64,000 nucleotides of DNA from an uncultured Thalassospiraceae bacterium (GTDB taxonomy: Bacteria; Pseudomonadota; Alphaproteobacteria; Rhodospirillales; JABHCV01), in contig CAYFOJ010000013.1 of the NCBI GenBank assembly GCA_964344645.1, positions 61 to 64,060 on the forward strand, given 5' to 3'. A program made the translations under genes and the position numbers. The notes under the pieces are model-generated. The model saw only the letters and a program-made list of their open reading frames with translations, was not told where the DNA came from and ran no database searches. Every line of letters begins with the position of its first letter. The stretch's first letter is position 1. Positions 48,724 to 59,300 of this stretch are shown here, piece by piece.

Positions 48724-50040
48724 CTACGGCTCGACCTTGACGGGGATCGGCTGGGCGACGTGAAGCTCGCGCTGCGGGAACGGGAAATCGATGCCGTTCT
48801 CCCGGTACAAATCCCAGATGCGCAGCAGGATGTCGTTCTTGACGTTGGACAGGCCGCTGCGCGGGTCGCGCAGCCAGATGCGCAGTTCCAGGTCGACCGC
48901 GTTGTCGCCGAACCCCTTCAAGTGGCAGACCGGGGCCGGGCTGTCGAGCACCCGCGACTGTTCGCTTGCCGCCTGCACCGCCAGGGCGATGGCCTGCTTG
49001 ATGTCGGACGCATAAGAGACGCCGATGGGCAGGCGCTGGCGCACAAGCTGGTCCGTATAAGACCAGTTTTCCACCCGCTGGGAAATCAGTTCCTCATTGG
49101 GAATCAGGTGTTCCGTGCCGTCGCGGGTAATTACCGAGACGTAACGGGCGCTGAGGGAATTGATCCAGCCGTAGGTCTGACCGATGGCGATGACGTCCCC
49201 CGGCTTGACCGACTTATCGAGCAGCAGGATGACGCCGCTGATCAGGTTGGAGACCACCTTCTGCAGGCCGAAGCCGATGCCCAGGCCGACGGCGCCGGAA
49301 AACACGGCGAAGGCGGTCAAGTCGATGCCGACGCTGTTCATGGCCAGCACGAAGGCGATGACGAACAGGGTGATTTTCAACAGCTTGCCGAACAGCACCT
49401 GCACCGAGGGGGTCAGGCCGGACATCTTGGCGATGCGTCGTTCCATCAGCGACGAGGTGAAGGCGGCGAGCCAGAACAGCAGGGCCAGGGCGATCAGGGC
49501 CTTGCCGACGCCGAGAACGGAGACCCGGGTTTCGCCAAGGTCAACGGCCATGGCGTCGAGGATGGCCAGCGTCGGGTCGAGCAGGCCGACGATGTCGAGG
49601 GCGGCCAGGGACCAGGCGGAAATGGCGATGGCCCGCGACCAGCCCGGGTCGGCGACGAGGGACGAGGCCAGCCGGATGATGATCCAGGCGGTCAGCAGGC
49701 TGACGGCGCTTTCCAGAACATGAGACGGCCAACCGGCGTTTTCCGCCGCCAGCACGGCGAAGGACTGGACGATAATCCACAGCACCGGCAGCACCAGCGG
49801 CTTGACGGCGCGGATGACGTTCTGGAAATAGCGCTCGTAACCGGCAACCGGCTTGACGTGTTCCAGCAACCCCTGAACCCGGGGGCTGACCTTGCGGACG
49901 GCAAGGAAAATCACCCCCGTGGTGATCAGTTGCAGCAGGGGGGAGACGACGAAAACGTTGTCGATCAGCCAGGCCAGCAGTTGCCGGGCCAGGCCCCGCA
50001 CCTCGGCAAGAACGGGAAATAGCTCAATAAACGCATCCAT
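48724..50040 (-). CDS. MscS family mechanosensitive channel
   Basis: GA.GLGIGFGLQ.VVSN.ISG.ILL.DK..KPGD and IPNE..I...V.NWS motifs. Confidence 0.92.
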   Translation of the reverse strand: MDAFIELFPVLAEVRGLARQLLAWLIDNVFVVSPLLQLITTGVIFLAVRKVSPRVQGLLEHVKPVAGYERYFQNVIRAVKPLVLPVLWIIVQSFAVLAAENAGWPSHVLESAVSLLTAWIIIRLASSLVADPGWSRAIAISAWSLAALDIVGLLDPTLAILDAMAVDLGETRVSVLGVGKALIALALLFWLAAFTSSLMERRIAKMSGLTPSVQVLFGKLLKITLFVIAFVLAMNSVGIDLTAFAVFSGAVGLGIGFGLQKVVSNLISGVILLLDKSVKPGDVIAIGQTYGWINSLSARYVSVITRDGTEHLIPNEELISQRVENWSYTDQLVRQRLPIGVSYASDIKQAIALAVQAASEQSRVLDSPAPVCHLKGFGDNAVDLELRIWLRDPRSGLSNVKNDILLRIWDLYRENGIDFPFPQRELHVAQPIPVKVEP

Positions 50041-50078
50041 TCCCTACCCTATTCCGCCACGGTCCGGGCGGCAAGGAA

Positions 50079-51290
50079 CTACTCCGCCGGATTGACCGCC
50101 AACCTATAACGGCCGATCCGGGCGACGTTTTCCTGGGTCGGGTTTTCCGGGATCAGGCGGGCCAGGATCAGGGAGAGGAACGACATCGCCGCCCCGGCAA
50201 GGAAAACGTAGGCGGGGGAGATAATCCACATGAAGCCGAAAAGGGCGGGAATGACCACGGCGGCGACGTGGTTGATGGAAAAGGACACCCCGGCCTGGGA
50301 GGCCATGTCCGCCGGGTCGGCGATCTTCTGGAAGTAGGTCTGAATGGCGATGGCCATGGAAAAGAACATGTGATCGAGAATATAGAGGGCGACGGCGACC
50401 CAGGCTGTCTCGACGAAGGCATAGGCGGTGAACACGCCGATCAGGCCGATGTATTCGAGGGTCAGCGCCCGGCGCTCGCCCCAGTGGGCGATCAGGCGGC
50501 CGATCTTCGGCGCCAGGTACATGTTCAGCACCCCGTTGGCCAGGAACATCAGGGTGATGGAGGCGACGTCGAAACCGAATTTCTCGACCATCAGGAAGCC
50601 GGCGAAGACGATGAAAATCTGCCGCCTTGCCCCGGCCATGAAGGTGATCAGGTAATACAGCCAGTAGCGCCCGCGCAGGAACAGCTTCTTCTGCTGCTCG
50701 ACCTTTTCCGGGAAGCGCGGGAAGGACGAGGCGCAGAACAGGACGATGGCGATGCTCATGCCGCCGCCGATGAAATAGACCCATTCCATGGACAACCCGC
50801 CCACATCGATGCCGAGCCAGATCAGGGCGTAGGCCATGAGGCCGGCGAAGGAACCGACGGCGATCATCTGGCCGAGAAACTGAGGCGCCTCCTTCTTGTC
50901 GATCCATTGCAGGACCAGGGACTGGCGGACGGTTTCGTAATAATGGAAGCCGATGGACATCACCACCGTGGTGACGTACAGCCCGATTACCGTTGGGAAC
51001 GCGCCGGTGACGGCGGTCCCGAGGCCGAGCAGCACCATCGACACCAGGGCCAGGGTCTGCTCGCGCATGATCAAGAGGAAGAAGACCACGGCGAAGGCGA
51101 GGAAGCCGGGAATTTCCCGCAGGCTTTGCAGGATGCCCATTTCAACGCCGGTAAAGGCCGCCCGCTCGACGGCGAAATTGTTGATCAGGGCCATCCAGGT
51201 ATAGAACGACAGCGGCATGGCCGTGGCCATCAACAGCAGGAAAACCTCCGGTGAGCGCCAGTCGCCGCGAAAATACTTATGAATGTCCAT
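50079..51290 (-). CDS. MFS transporter
   Basis: About 12 TM; LQSLREIPGFL and SINH.AAV motifs. Confidence 0.85.
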   Translation of the reverse strand: MDIHKYFRGDWRSPEVFLLLMATAMPLSFYTWMALINNFAVERAAFTGVEMGILQSLREIPGFLAFAVVFFLLIMREQTLALVSMVLLGLGTAVTGAFPTVIGLYVTTVVMSIGFHYYETVRQSLVLQWIDKKEAPQFLGQMIAVGSFAGLMAYALIWLGIDVGGLSMEWVYFIGGGMSIAIVLFCASSFPRFPEKVEQQKKLFLRGRYWLYYLITFMAGARRQIFIVFAGFLMVEKFGFDVASITLMFLANGVLNMYLAPKIGRLIAHWGERRALTLEYIGLIGVFTAYAFVETAWVAVALYILDHMFFSMAIAIQTYFQKIADPADMASQAGVSFSINHVAAVVIPALFGFMWIISPAYVFLAGAAMSFLSLILARLIPENPTQENVARIGRYRLAVNPAE

Positions 51291-51395
51291 GGCTCATACC
51301 TATCGGGAACAGGGGTGATAAATACCCGAACACTGTACTCGGCCCTGAAAATGTCGTATACGGCCTATTGAGCCAATTAATAGCGAGTTTCGGAC

Positions 51396-52205
51396 ATGCC
51401 TGAGTCCCTCGGCTTCCCCCATTCCGCCTCGGGGCATCGCCATCCCGATGACGACCGGGAGATCGATTCCGTTCCCCGGGCCGTGGCCACGCGCAAAAAC
51501 ATCATGCCCCACGGCCACATCACCCAGCGCCACCACCACCGGCGGGCGCAACTGCTGTACGGCTCGGGCGGGGTCATGACCGTCGAGACGGCGGCGGGCA
51601 TCTGGGTCGTGCCGCCGCTGAGGGCGGTCTGGATTCCCCCCTTGACCGATCACGAAGTCAGCGCCCGCCAGGCGGTGACCGTGCGCAGCCTGTATATCGA
51701 TCCGTCGCGGACTTCGGGCCTGCCGGCGGACTGCTCGGTGGTCACGGTTTCCCCCCTGCTCAGGGAAATGATCATGCGGGCCGTGGAATTGCCGACCCTG
51801 TATGACGAGGACGGCGCCGACGGCCGCTTCATGACCGTGTTGCTGGACCAGGTCAGGGCCCTGCCGGAAACCCCCCTGCATCTGCCGGTCAGCGATCATC
51901 CCCACGTATTGCCCATCTACCGCGGCCTGACCGAGAACCCCGCCGACACCCGCCCGCTGGAAAGCTGGGCCGGGGAACTGGGCGCCAGTTCGCGCACCCT
52001 GACCCGTTTGTTCCAAAAGGAAACCGGCATGAGCTTCCGCCAATGGCGGCAACAGGTGCGCCTGCTGGAGGCCCTGACCCGCCTGGCCGCGGGGGCCCCG
52101 GTGACCACCGTCGCCATGGACCTGGGCTACGACAGCCAAAGCGCCTTCATCGCCATGTTCAAGAAGGCCCTGGGCAAGACGCCGGGGAAATATTTCGAAA
52201 GTTAG
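51396..52205 (+). CDS. AraC family regulator (cupin plus HTH, NimR/RipA-like)
   Basis: H.H.RAQLLY..GG.M, W.VPP.RAVWIP, RTL.RLF.KETG.SF.QWR and LGY.S.SAF..MF motifs. Confidence 0.9.
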   Translation: MPESLGFPHSASGHRHPDDDREIDSVPRAVATRKNIMPHGHITQRHHHRRAQLLYGSGGVMTVETAAGIWVVPPLRAVWIPPLTDHEVSARQAVTVRSLYIDPSRTSGLPADCSVVTVSPLLREMIMRAVELPTLYDEDGADGRFMTVLLDQVRALPETPLHLPVSDHPHVLPIYRGLTENPADTRPLESWAGELGASSRTLTRLFQKETGMSFRQWRQQVRLLEALTRLAAGAPVTTVAMDLGYDSQSAFIAMFKKALGKTPGKYFES

Positions 52206-52214
52206 GACGTCGTC

Positions 52215-53039
52215 CTATTTGAACAAGCCGTCCAGTTCATCGAAGCCGACGGCGTCCCGGGTGTACGAACAGGTTCCGTAAACGGCCAGTTCGCCGAGCG
52301 CCGCCTTCAGGGTCCCGTAGGCGGTCCGGGCCAGACTGGAACCGGTGGTGACGCGGGCGACTCCCAGTTCCTCAAGCCGTTTCAAGGACGGCAGACCGGG
52401 CACGGTGAGAACATTCAAGGGCCCGTCGACTTCGCGCACCATGTCGGCGATGTCCTGCTCGCCGACAAGGCCCGGCACGAAAACACTGCGGGCGCCGGCG
52501 TCGAAATAGGCATTGGCTCGCGAAACCGCTTCGGCAATAACCGCCGGCCCGCTGCCGCCGACCAGGTATCCGTCAGTCCGGGCGTTGATGACCAGATCAA
52601 CCCCGGCATCGTCCGCCGCTTCGCGCGCTGCCCGAAGGCGCTCGACCACCAAGTCCGTTTCCTCCAGGCTACCGTCGAAGTTGGTGGAGACGTCTTCGAT
52701 ATTGCAGCCGACGGCGCCGAGCTCCATCACCTGCCGGATGGTGTCGGCCACGTCCTCCGGGGTGTCGCCATAGCCGTTTTCCACATCGACGGTGACGGGA
52801 ACGTCCACGGCCTCGATGATCGGCTTCACGGCGGCGAACATGCGCTCGCGCCCGATGCGGTGCAAATCCGGAAACCCACGGGAATAGCAGATACCGGCGC
52901 TGGTCGTCGCCAGGGCCGGGAACCCGGCTTCTTCGATCAGGCGGGCGCTGGCAAGATCCCAGGCATTGGGCAGCAACAGCAGATCGTCGGCATGATGAAG
53001 CGCCAAAAAAGCCTTGGCCTTTTCGCTCAGCGTCCTCAT
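52215..53039 (-). CDS. isocitrate lyase/PEP mutase superfamily protein
   Basis: LLLPNAWD..SA, ATTSAG, PVTVD.E.GYG, GCNIED and INARTD motifs; the ATG overlaps the alaS TGA. Confidence 0.88.
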   Translation of the reverse strand: MRTLSEKAKAFLALHHADDLLLLPNAWDLASARLIEEAGFPALATTSAGICYSRGFPDLHRIGRERMFAAVKPIIEAVDVPVTVDVENGYGDTPEDVADTIRQVMELGAVGCNIEDVSTNFDGSLEETDLVVERLRAAREAADDAGVDLVINARTDGYLVGGSGPAVIAEAVSRANAYFDAGARSVFVPGLVGEQDIADMVREVDGPLNVLTVPGLPSLKRLEELGVARVTTGSSLARTAYGTLKAALGELAVYGTCSYTRDAVGFDELDGLFK

Positions 53040-55696
53040 CAACCGGCGAGGGCGGCTTCGATGGCGGCCAGGGCCGCTTCCGCCTTATTGCCGTCGGGAC
53101 CACCGGCCTGGGCCATGTCGGGACGCCCGCCGCCGCCTCGGCCGCCGACGGCGGCGGAACCGGCGCGGACCAGATCGACGGCGCTGAGCAAGCCGGTCAG
53201 ATCCTCGGTGACACCAACGACGAGCGACACCTTGCCGTCGGTGACCGAAACCAGGGCGACGACGCCGGAGCCGATCTGGCCCTTGATCTCGTCGGCAAGC
53301 CCTTTCAGGTCCTTGGCCGGCATGCCGTCGAGCAGGCGCGGGGCGAAAGTGATGCCGCCGATGTCCTTGCTTTCGGCCCCGGACCCCGCGCCGCCGCCAC
53401 CACCGGCGGCGAGCTTCTTGCGCAAGTCGGCGACTTCCCGTTCCAGTTTCTTGCGCTCGTCCATCAGGCCCTGAACACGGGCCGGCACGTCGGCGGCCTT
53501 GGCCTTCAACAGGGAGGCCGCTTGCAGCAGGGCGGCGTCCTGGGCTTCCAGATAGTCGAGCGCGCCCTTGCCCGTCAGCGCCTCGATCCGGCGGACACCG
53601 GCGGCGACGGCGCTTTCGCTCAGAACTTTCATCAAGCCGATGTCGCCGGTCCGGCCGACATGGGTGCCGCCGCACAATTCCGTGGAATAAGCGGCCTCCG
53701 TCTCCGTGCCGCCCATGGAGACGACCCGGACCTCGTCGCCGTATTTCTCGCCGAACAGCGCCATGGCGCCCGCCGCGATGGCTTCGTCCGGGGTCATCAA
53801 ACGGGTGGAAACCTCGGAATTATCCCGGATGCGGGCGTTGACCTCGGCCTCGACATGGGCCAGTTCGCCGCCGTCGACCGCCTTCGGGTGGCTGATGTCG
53901 AAACGCAGCCGGTCGGGGGCGACCAGGGAGCCTTTCTGGGTGACGTGATCGCCCAGCTTGCGGCGCAGGGCCTCGTGCAACAGATGGGTCGCCGAATGGT
54001 TGGCCCGGAGCGACGAGCGGCGGTTTCCGTCGACCGAGAGGGCGACGTCGTCGCCGACCTTCAGGCCGCCGCTTTCGATTTGCCCGGTATGGACATGCAG
54101 ATCGCCGAGCTTTTTCTGGGTATCGGTGACTTTCAGGCGCGTGCCGTCCGTGAAAATCAACCCGGTGTCGCCCATCTGACCGCCGGACTCGCCGTAGAAC
54201 GGCGTCTGGTTGACGATCACCGAAACCGTGTCTCCGCTGTGGGCCTCCTCGACCCGGGCGCCGTCGGCGACCATGGCCAGGATCTGCCCCTCCGCGTTCT
54301 CCGTCTCGTAACCGAGGAATTCCGTCGCCCCCAGTTCTTCGCGAATTTCGAACCAGACCTCTTCCGTCGCCGTGTCGCCGGAACCGGCCCAGGCGGCGCG
54401 GGCCTCGGCGCGCTGACGCTCCATGGCCGCGTTGAAGCCCGGCTCGTCCACGCGCATGCCCCGGTTGCGCAGCGCATCCTGTGTCAGGTCCAGGGGGAAG
54501 CCGAAGGTATCGTACAGCTTGAAGGCGGTCTCCCCGTCCAGTTCGCCGCCCTCCTCCAGGTCGGCGCTGGCTTCGTCGAGCAGTTTCAGGCCCCGGTCCA
54601 GGGTGGTCTTGAAGCGGGTTTCCTCCAGCTTCAGGGTTTCCCCGATCAGGGCCTCGGCCCGGGTTAGTTCGGGGAACGCCTGGCCCATCTGTCCGACCAG
54701 GGCGGGCACCAGCTTGTAGACCATGGGGTCGGCGGCGCCGATCAGATGGGCATGGCGCATGGCCCGGCGCATGATCCGCCTGAGCACGTAACCGCGCCCC
54801 TCGTTGGAGGGCAGGACTCCGTCGGCAATGAGGAACGAGGTGGCGCGCAGGTGATCGGCGATGACCCGATGGGAGACCTTGTGCTCCCCTTCCGGTTCCG
54901 TGCCCGACGCCTCCGCCGAGGCGTGGATGAGCGTCTGCATCATGTCCGTTTCGTAGTTGTCGTGGGTGCCCTGCAGCACCGCCGAGATCCGCTCCAGACC
55001 CATGCCGGTGTCGATGGATGGCTTGGGCAGGTCGATGCGCTCGTCCACCGTCACCTGCTCGTACTGCATGAACACCAAGTTCCAGATTTCGATGAAGCGG
55101 TCGCCGTCCTCGTCCGGGCTGCCCGGGGGGCCGCCGGGGATGTGGTCGCCATGGTCGTAGAAGATTTCCGAACACGGCCCACAGGGGCCCGTATCGCCCA
55201 TGGCCCAGAAGTTATCCGACGTGGCGATGCGGATGATCCGATCTTCCGGCAGGCCGGCGATTTTCTTCCACAGGTCGAAGGCCTGGTCGTCTTCGGCGTA
55301 AACCGTCGCCAGCAGCTTTTCCTTGGGCAGCCCGAATTCCCGGGTTACCAGGTTCCAGGCCAGTTCGATGGCCACATCCTTGAAGTAATCGCCGAAGGAA
55401 AAATTGCCCAGCATCTCGAAAAAGGTGTGATGGCGGGCCGTGTAGCCGACATTTTCCAGATCGTTATGCTTGCCCCCGGCGCGGACGCATTTTTGCGAGG
55501 TCACGGCGCGGGAATAGTCCCGCTGCTCGACGCCGGTGAAGACGTTCTTGAACTGAACCATACCGGCGTTGGTGAACATCAGGGTCGGATCGTTAACCGG
55601 CACCAGGGGACTCGACGACACGGCGGTATGACCGTTGGCGCTGAAATAGTCGAGAAACGCCTTGCGGATATCGTTAACGGTTTTCATGGCGGACAT
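53039..55696 (-). CDS. alaS: alanine-tRNA ligase
   Basis: [51 protein letters not shown] and [13 protein letters not shown] motifs. Confidence 0.98.
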   Translation of the reverse strand: MSAMKTVNDIRKAFLDYFSANGHTAVSSSPLVPVNDPTLMFTNAGMVQFKNVFTGVEQRDYSRAVTSQKCVRAGGKHNDLENVGYTARHHTFFEMLGNFSFGDYFKDVAIELAWNLVTREFGLPKEKLLATVYAEDDQAFDLWKKIAGLPEDRIIRIATSDNFWAMGDTGPCGPCSEIFYDHGDHIPGGPPGSPDEDGDRFIEIWNLVFMQYEQVTVDERIDLPKPSIDTGMGLERISAVLQGTHDNYETDMMQTLIHASAEASGTEPEGEHKVSHRVIADHLRATSFLIADGVLPSNEGRGYVLRRIMRRAMRHAHLIGAADPMVYKLVPALVGQMGQAFPELTRAEALIGETLKLEETRFKTTLDRGLKLLDEASADLEEGGELDGETAFKLYDTFGFPLDLTQDALRNRGMRVDEPGFNAAMERQRAEARAAWAGSGDTATEEVWFEIREELGATEFLGYETENAEGQILAMVADGARVEEAHSGDTVSVIVNQTPFYGESGGQMGDTGLIFTDGTRLKVTDTQKKLGDLHVHTGQIESGGLKVGDDVALSVDGNRRSSLRANHSATHLLHEALRRKLGDHVTQKGSLVAPDRLRFDISHPKAVDGGELAHVEAEVNARIRDNSEVSTRLMTPDEAIAAGAMALFGEKYGDEVRVVSMGGTETEAAYSTELCGGTHVGRTGDIGLMKVLSESAVAAGVRRIEALTGKGALDYLEAQDAALLQAASLLKAKAADVPARVQGLMDERKKLEREVADLRKKLAAGGGGGAGSGAESKDIGGITFAPRLLDGMPAKDLKGLADEIKGQIGSGVVALVSVTDGKVSLVVGVTEDLTGLLSAVDLVRAGSAAVGGRGGGGRPDMAQAGGPDGNKAEAALAAIEAALAG

Positions 55697-55776
55697 TCTG
55701 GGCTCTTGGTGACGGAAAAGGCCGTTTTAAAGCCTAGCGCCGAGCCTGTCCAGAAACCAGCGCCCGGCGGCAGAAC

Positions 55777-55818
55777 AAAAAGCGAGGCGCGCCCGGAGAC
55801 GGCGATTCCGGGCGCGCC
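55777..55818 (-). terminator. probable recA terminator
   Basis: GGCGCGCCCGGA/TCCGGGCGCGCC 12-bp stem (55786-55818) with an A5 run at 55777-81. Confidence 0.6.
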
Positions 55819-55856
55819 ATGGAGCGGCGGCGCTGGGGCCGCCGGGTTTGGCGGGG

Positions 55857-56963
<1,107 letters not shown>

Positions 56964-57016
56964 TGCTTTCACTCTCTTATTCCACAGGGTTCATTCCGAT
57001 GCAATCCACGGCAAAT

Positions 57017-57031
57017 GTACCCGTTTTGTTC
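57017..57031 (-). promoter_or_regulatory. LexA (SOS) box GAAC-N7-GTAC in the recA promoter
   Basis: Minus strand TTGCCA aacg GAACaaaacggGTAC att; overlaps the spacer and the -10 (TACATT). Confidence 0.8.
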
Positions 57032-57198
57032 CGTTTGGCAACAACTTTTTATAACTCATTGAATTTACTGCAATAATCTTTCCATGTTCTTATTTTGTTT
57101 AGGCGATTTCGAGTGATTTTCGCACCCACTCGGCGCTCCGCCGGGCGGGGATGTCGGGGGTTATGGAGCGGAGAATCCGGGAGACGACGGCGGCCGCC

Positions 57199-59184
57199 TC
57201 AGTCGCCGTATTCGCCCCTGACCGGCAGCCGGATAATGAATTCCGTTCCCTCGCCCAGGGTCGAATTGCAAGTGATCGTCCCCTTATGTTTCTTGACGAT
57301 GATATTGTGAACGATGGACAGTCCCTGCCCCGTCCCCTTGCCCGGTTCCTTGGTGGTGAAAAAGGGGTCGAAGATATGCTCGAGGGTATCCGGAGACATG
57401 CCGGGGCCGCTATCGGTAAAGCGGATTTCAATCTGCTCGTCGTCGGCGGGCCGGGTGGTGATCCTGATCAGGCCCATCTCTTCCTGATTCAGTTCGGCGA
57501 TGGCGTGCACGGAGTTGACGATCAGATTGAGAAAGACCTGATTGAACTCGCTGGTCATGGCGCGGATCTGAGGTAGGGAGGAATCGAATTCCGCCTCGAC
57601 CACGGCGACCGACTTCCATTCGTTCTTACTGATGGTGATGGTCGTTTCGATGGCCCGGTTGACATCCATGTCCGACATGCCCTGGGACCCGGGGTGGGAG
57701 AACTCTTTCATGGCGAGAACGATTTCCCGCACCCGGTTGGCGCCGTCGAGAGCCTGATTGGTGGCCTCGGGCAGTTCCTCGAGCAGGAAGTCGATGTCTT
57801 CTTCTTCCTCGAGCTTCCGGATCGTCTCGATCTCGTCCGAGAAAGTTCCCGACTCCCGCGCCGCTTCGATCAGGGAATTGTATTGCTTGTGCAGCCGCTC
57901 GAAGCTTTCCAGGCTGTTCTTAATGAAGCCCAGGTTATCGCCGATGTACTGGGTCGGGGTGTTGATCTCGTGGGCGATGCCGCTGGCCAACTGACCGACC
58001 GATTTCAGCCTCGAGGTGTGACGGGCCTCCATTTCCGCATCCTTGCGGCTGGTGACATCGGCGATCGTCAGCAGCACGCCGTCGGACAGCTTGACGCCGG
58101 AAATGGTGAACCACCCCTTGATTTTCTCTTCCTCAAGCGAGATCTCCATATCGAAGGATTCATCGGTTTCCAGGGTCTGGCAGGCATGTTCGTAAACCCC
58201 ATGGGTGACCAGAAACGGCAGCTCGATCCTGACCAGTTTGCCGAGGAGATTTTTCGACGTGCTGCCAAGCACCTCCTCCGCCGCCCGGTTCAGGCGGATG
58301 ACGCAAAAATCGGCGAGTTCGCCGCTGCCTGAATAAATGGCGCTGAGGACCAGGAAACCCTCCTTGGCGGAGTTGAGGATTTTCTCCAGCGTCGTCTTGT
58401 TTTGCGCCAGCTCAATGTCCTCGTGCTTTTCCAGGGTGATGTCCCGCCCCGCGCCCCGATAACCGATGAAACGTTCGTTGCCGTCGAACACCGGATGGCC
58501 GCTGATCTTGAACCATTGATAAAGACCGCCCGCGTCCTTGATCCAAAATTCCACGTCATGGAAGGGTTTCTGGCTGTCGGTCCTGTCCTGAAACTTTTTG
58601 ACGTCGCCGCCCATGGTTTCAAGATCGCACATATCGTGCAGACGTTTGCCGATGAAGGACTCCGCGCTCTGCCCGCTCTCTCTTTCGAAATTATCGGAAA
58701 ACTGACTAAAGGCCATGTCTTCCCCGGCCTCCCAAAGCCAGTCGGATTCGCCCCGCAGATATTCCTGAAACCTGTTTTCTGTTTTCCGGAGCGCCCGTTT
58801 CGAAGCCGCCAGTTCCATGGCCGAACGCAGGAAAAATTCCAACTGCTCGGAATTCTCATAATTTTTCGGCAGGCAGCCGTCGAAGTGACCACTGGAAAAA
58901 ATGGTGTCCAGATCGATCTTTTGCGTCGGCAGGAACAGGAACACATAGATGGACCGGTAATTCGCCCGAATGGTCTGCAACGCTTCACTATCCGTGGCGG
59001 TTCCCTGCTCCACATCGTAAAGAAGGATACCGACCCTGTGCCCGTCCAGTTCCCCGAGGGCGTCGGACAGGTGCTCTTGGGTCAGCAGATCGAAGTGACC
59101 GCTGCCTTGCTCGGTCAACAGGGCCCGGGCCCGGTCCCTTTCCTGCTCGTCGCCGCTGACGAACAATACTTTTACTTCAGCCAT
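57199..59184 (-). CDS. sensor histidine kinase (atypical REC-PAS-PAS-HisKA-HATPase)
   Basis: LASGIAHEINTP H-box; DPFFTTKEPGKGTGQGL; N-terminal receiver-like domain. Confidence 0.88.
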   Translation of the reverse strand: MAEVKVLFVSGDEQERDRARALLTEQGSGHFDLLTQEHLSDALGELDGHRVGILLYDVEQGTATDSEALQTIRANYRSIYVFLFLPTQKIDLDTIFSSGHFDGCLPKNYENSEQLEFFLRSAMELAASKRALRKTENRFQEYLRGESDWLWEAGEDMAFSQFSDNFERESGQSAESFIGKRLHDMCDLETMGGDVKKFQDRTDSQKPFHDVEFWIKDAGGLYQWFKISGHPVFDGNERFIGYRGAGRDITLEKHEDIELAQNKTTLEKILNSAKEGFLVLSAIYSGSGELADFCVIRLNRAAEEVLGSTSKNLLGKLVRIELPFLVTHGVYEHACQTLETDESFDMEISLEEEKIKGWFTISGVKLSDGVLLTIADVTSRKDAEMEARHTSRLKSVGQLASGIAHEINTPTQYIGDNLGFIKNSLESFERLHKQYNSLIEAARESGTFSDEIETIRKLEEEEDIDFLLEELPEATNQALDGANRVREIVLAMKEFSHPGSQGMSDMDVNRAIETTITISKNEWKSVAVVEAEFDSSLPQIRAMTSEFNQVFLNLIVNSVHAIAELNQEEMGLIRITTRPADDEQIEIRFTDSGPGMSPDTLEHIFDPFFTTKEPGKGTGQGLSIVHNIIVKKHKGTITCNSTLGEGTEFIIRLPVRGEYGD

Positions 59185-59300
59185 TTATCCCTGCACCGTT
59201 GTCGGTATGCCGCGTCTCCCCTCGCTGGTCTCTATACTGATACATTGTCGAGCAGAAGGGAATAGAGAGATTTCCTTTCGCCTGCAAAGCCCTGGCCCGA

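Noticed and set aside
57099-57431. 110-aa minus-strand ORF overlapping the kinase 3' end
   Set aside because: An alternate frame of the kinase gene, with no RBS or motif support.
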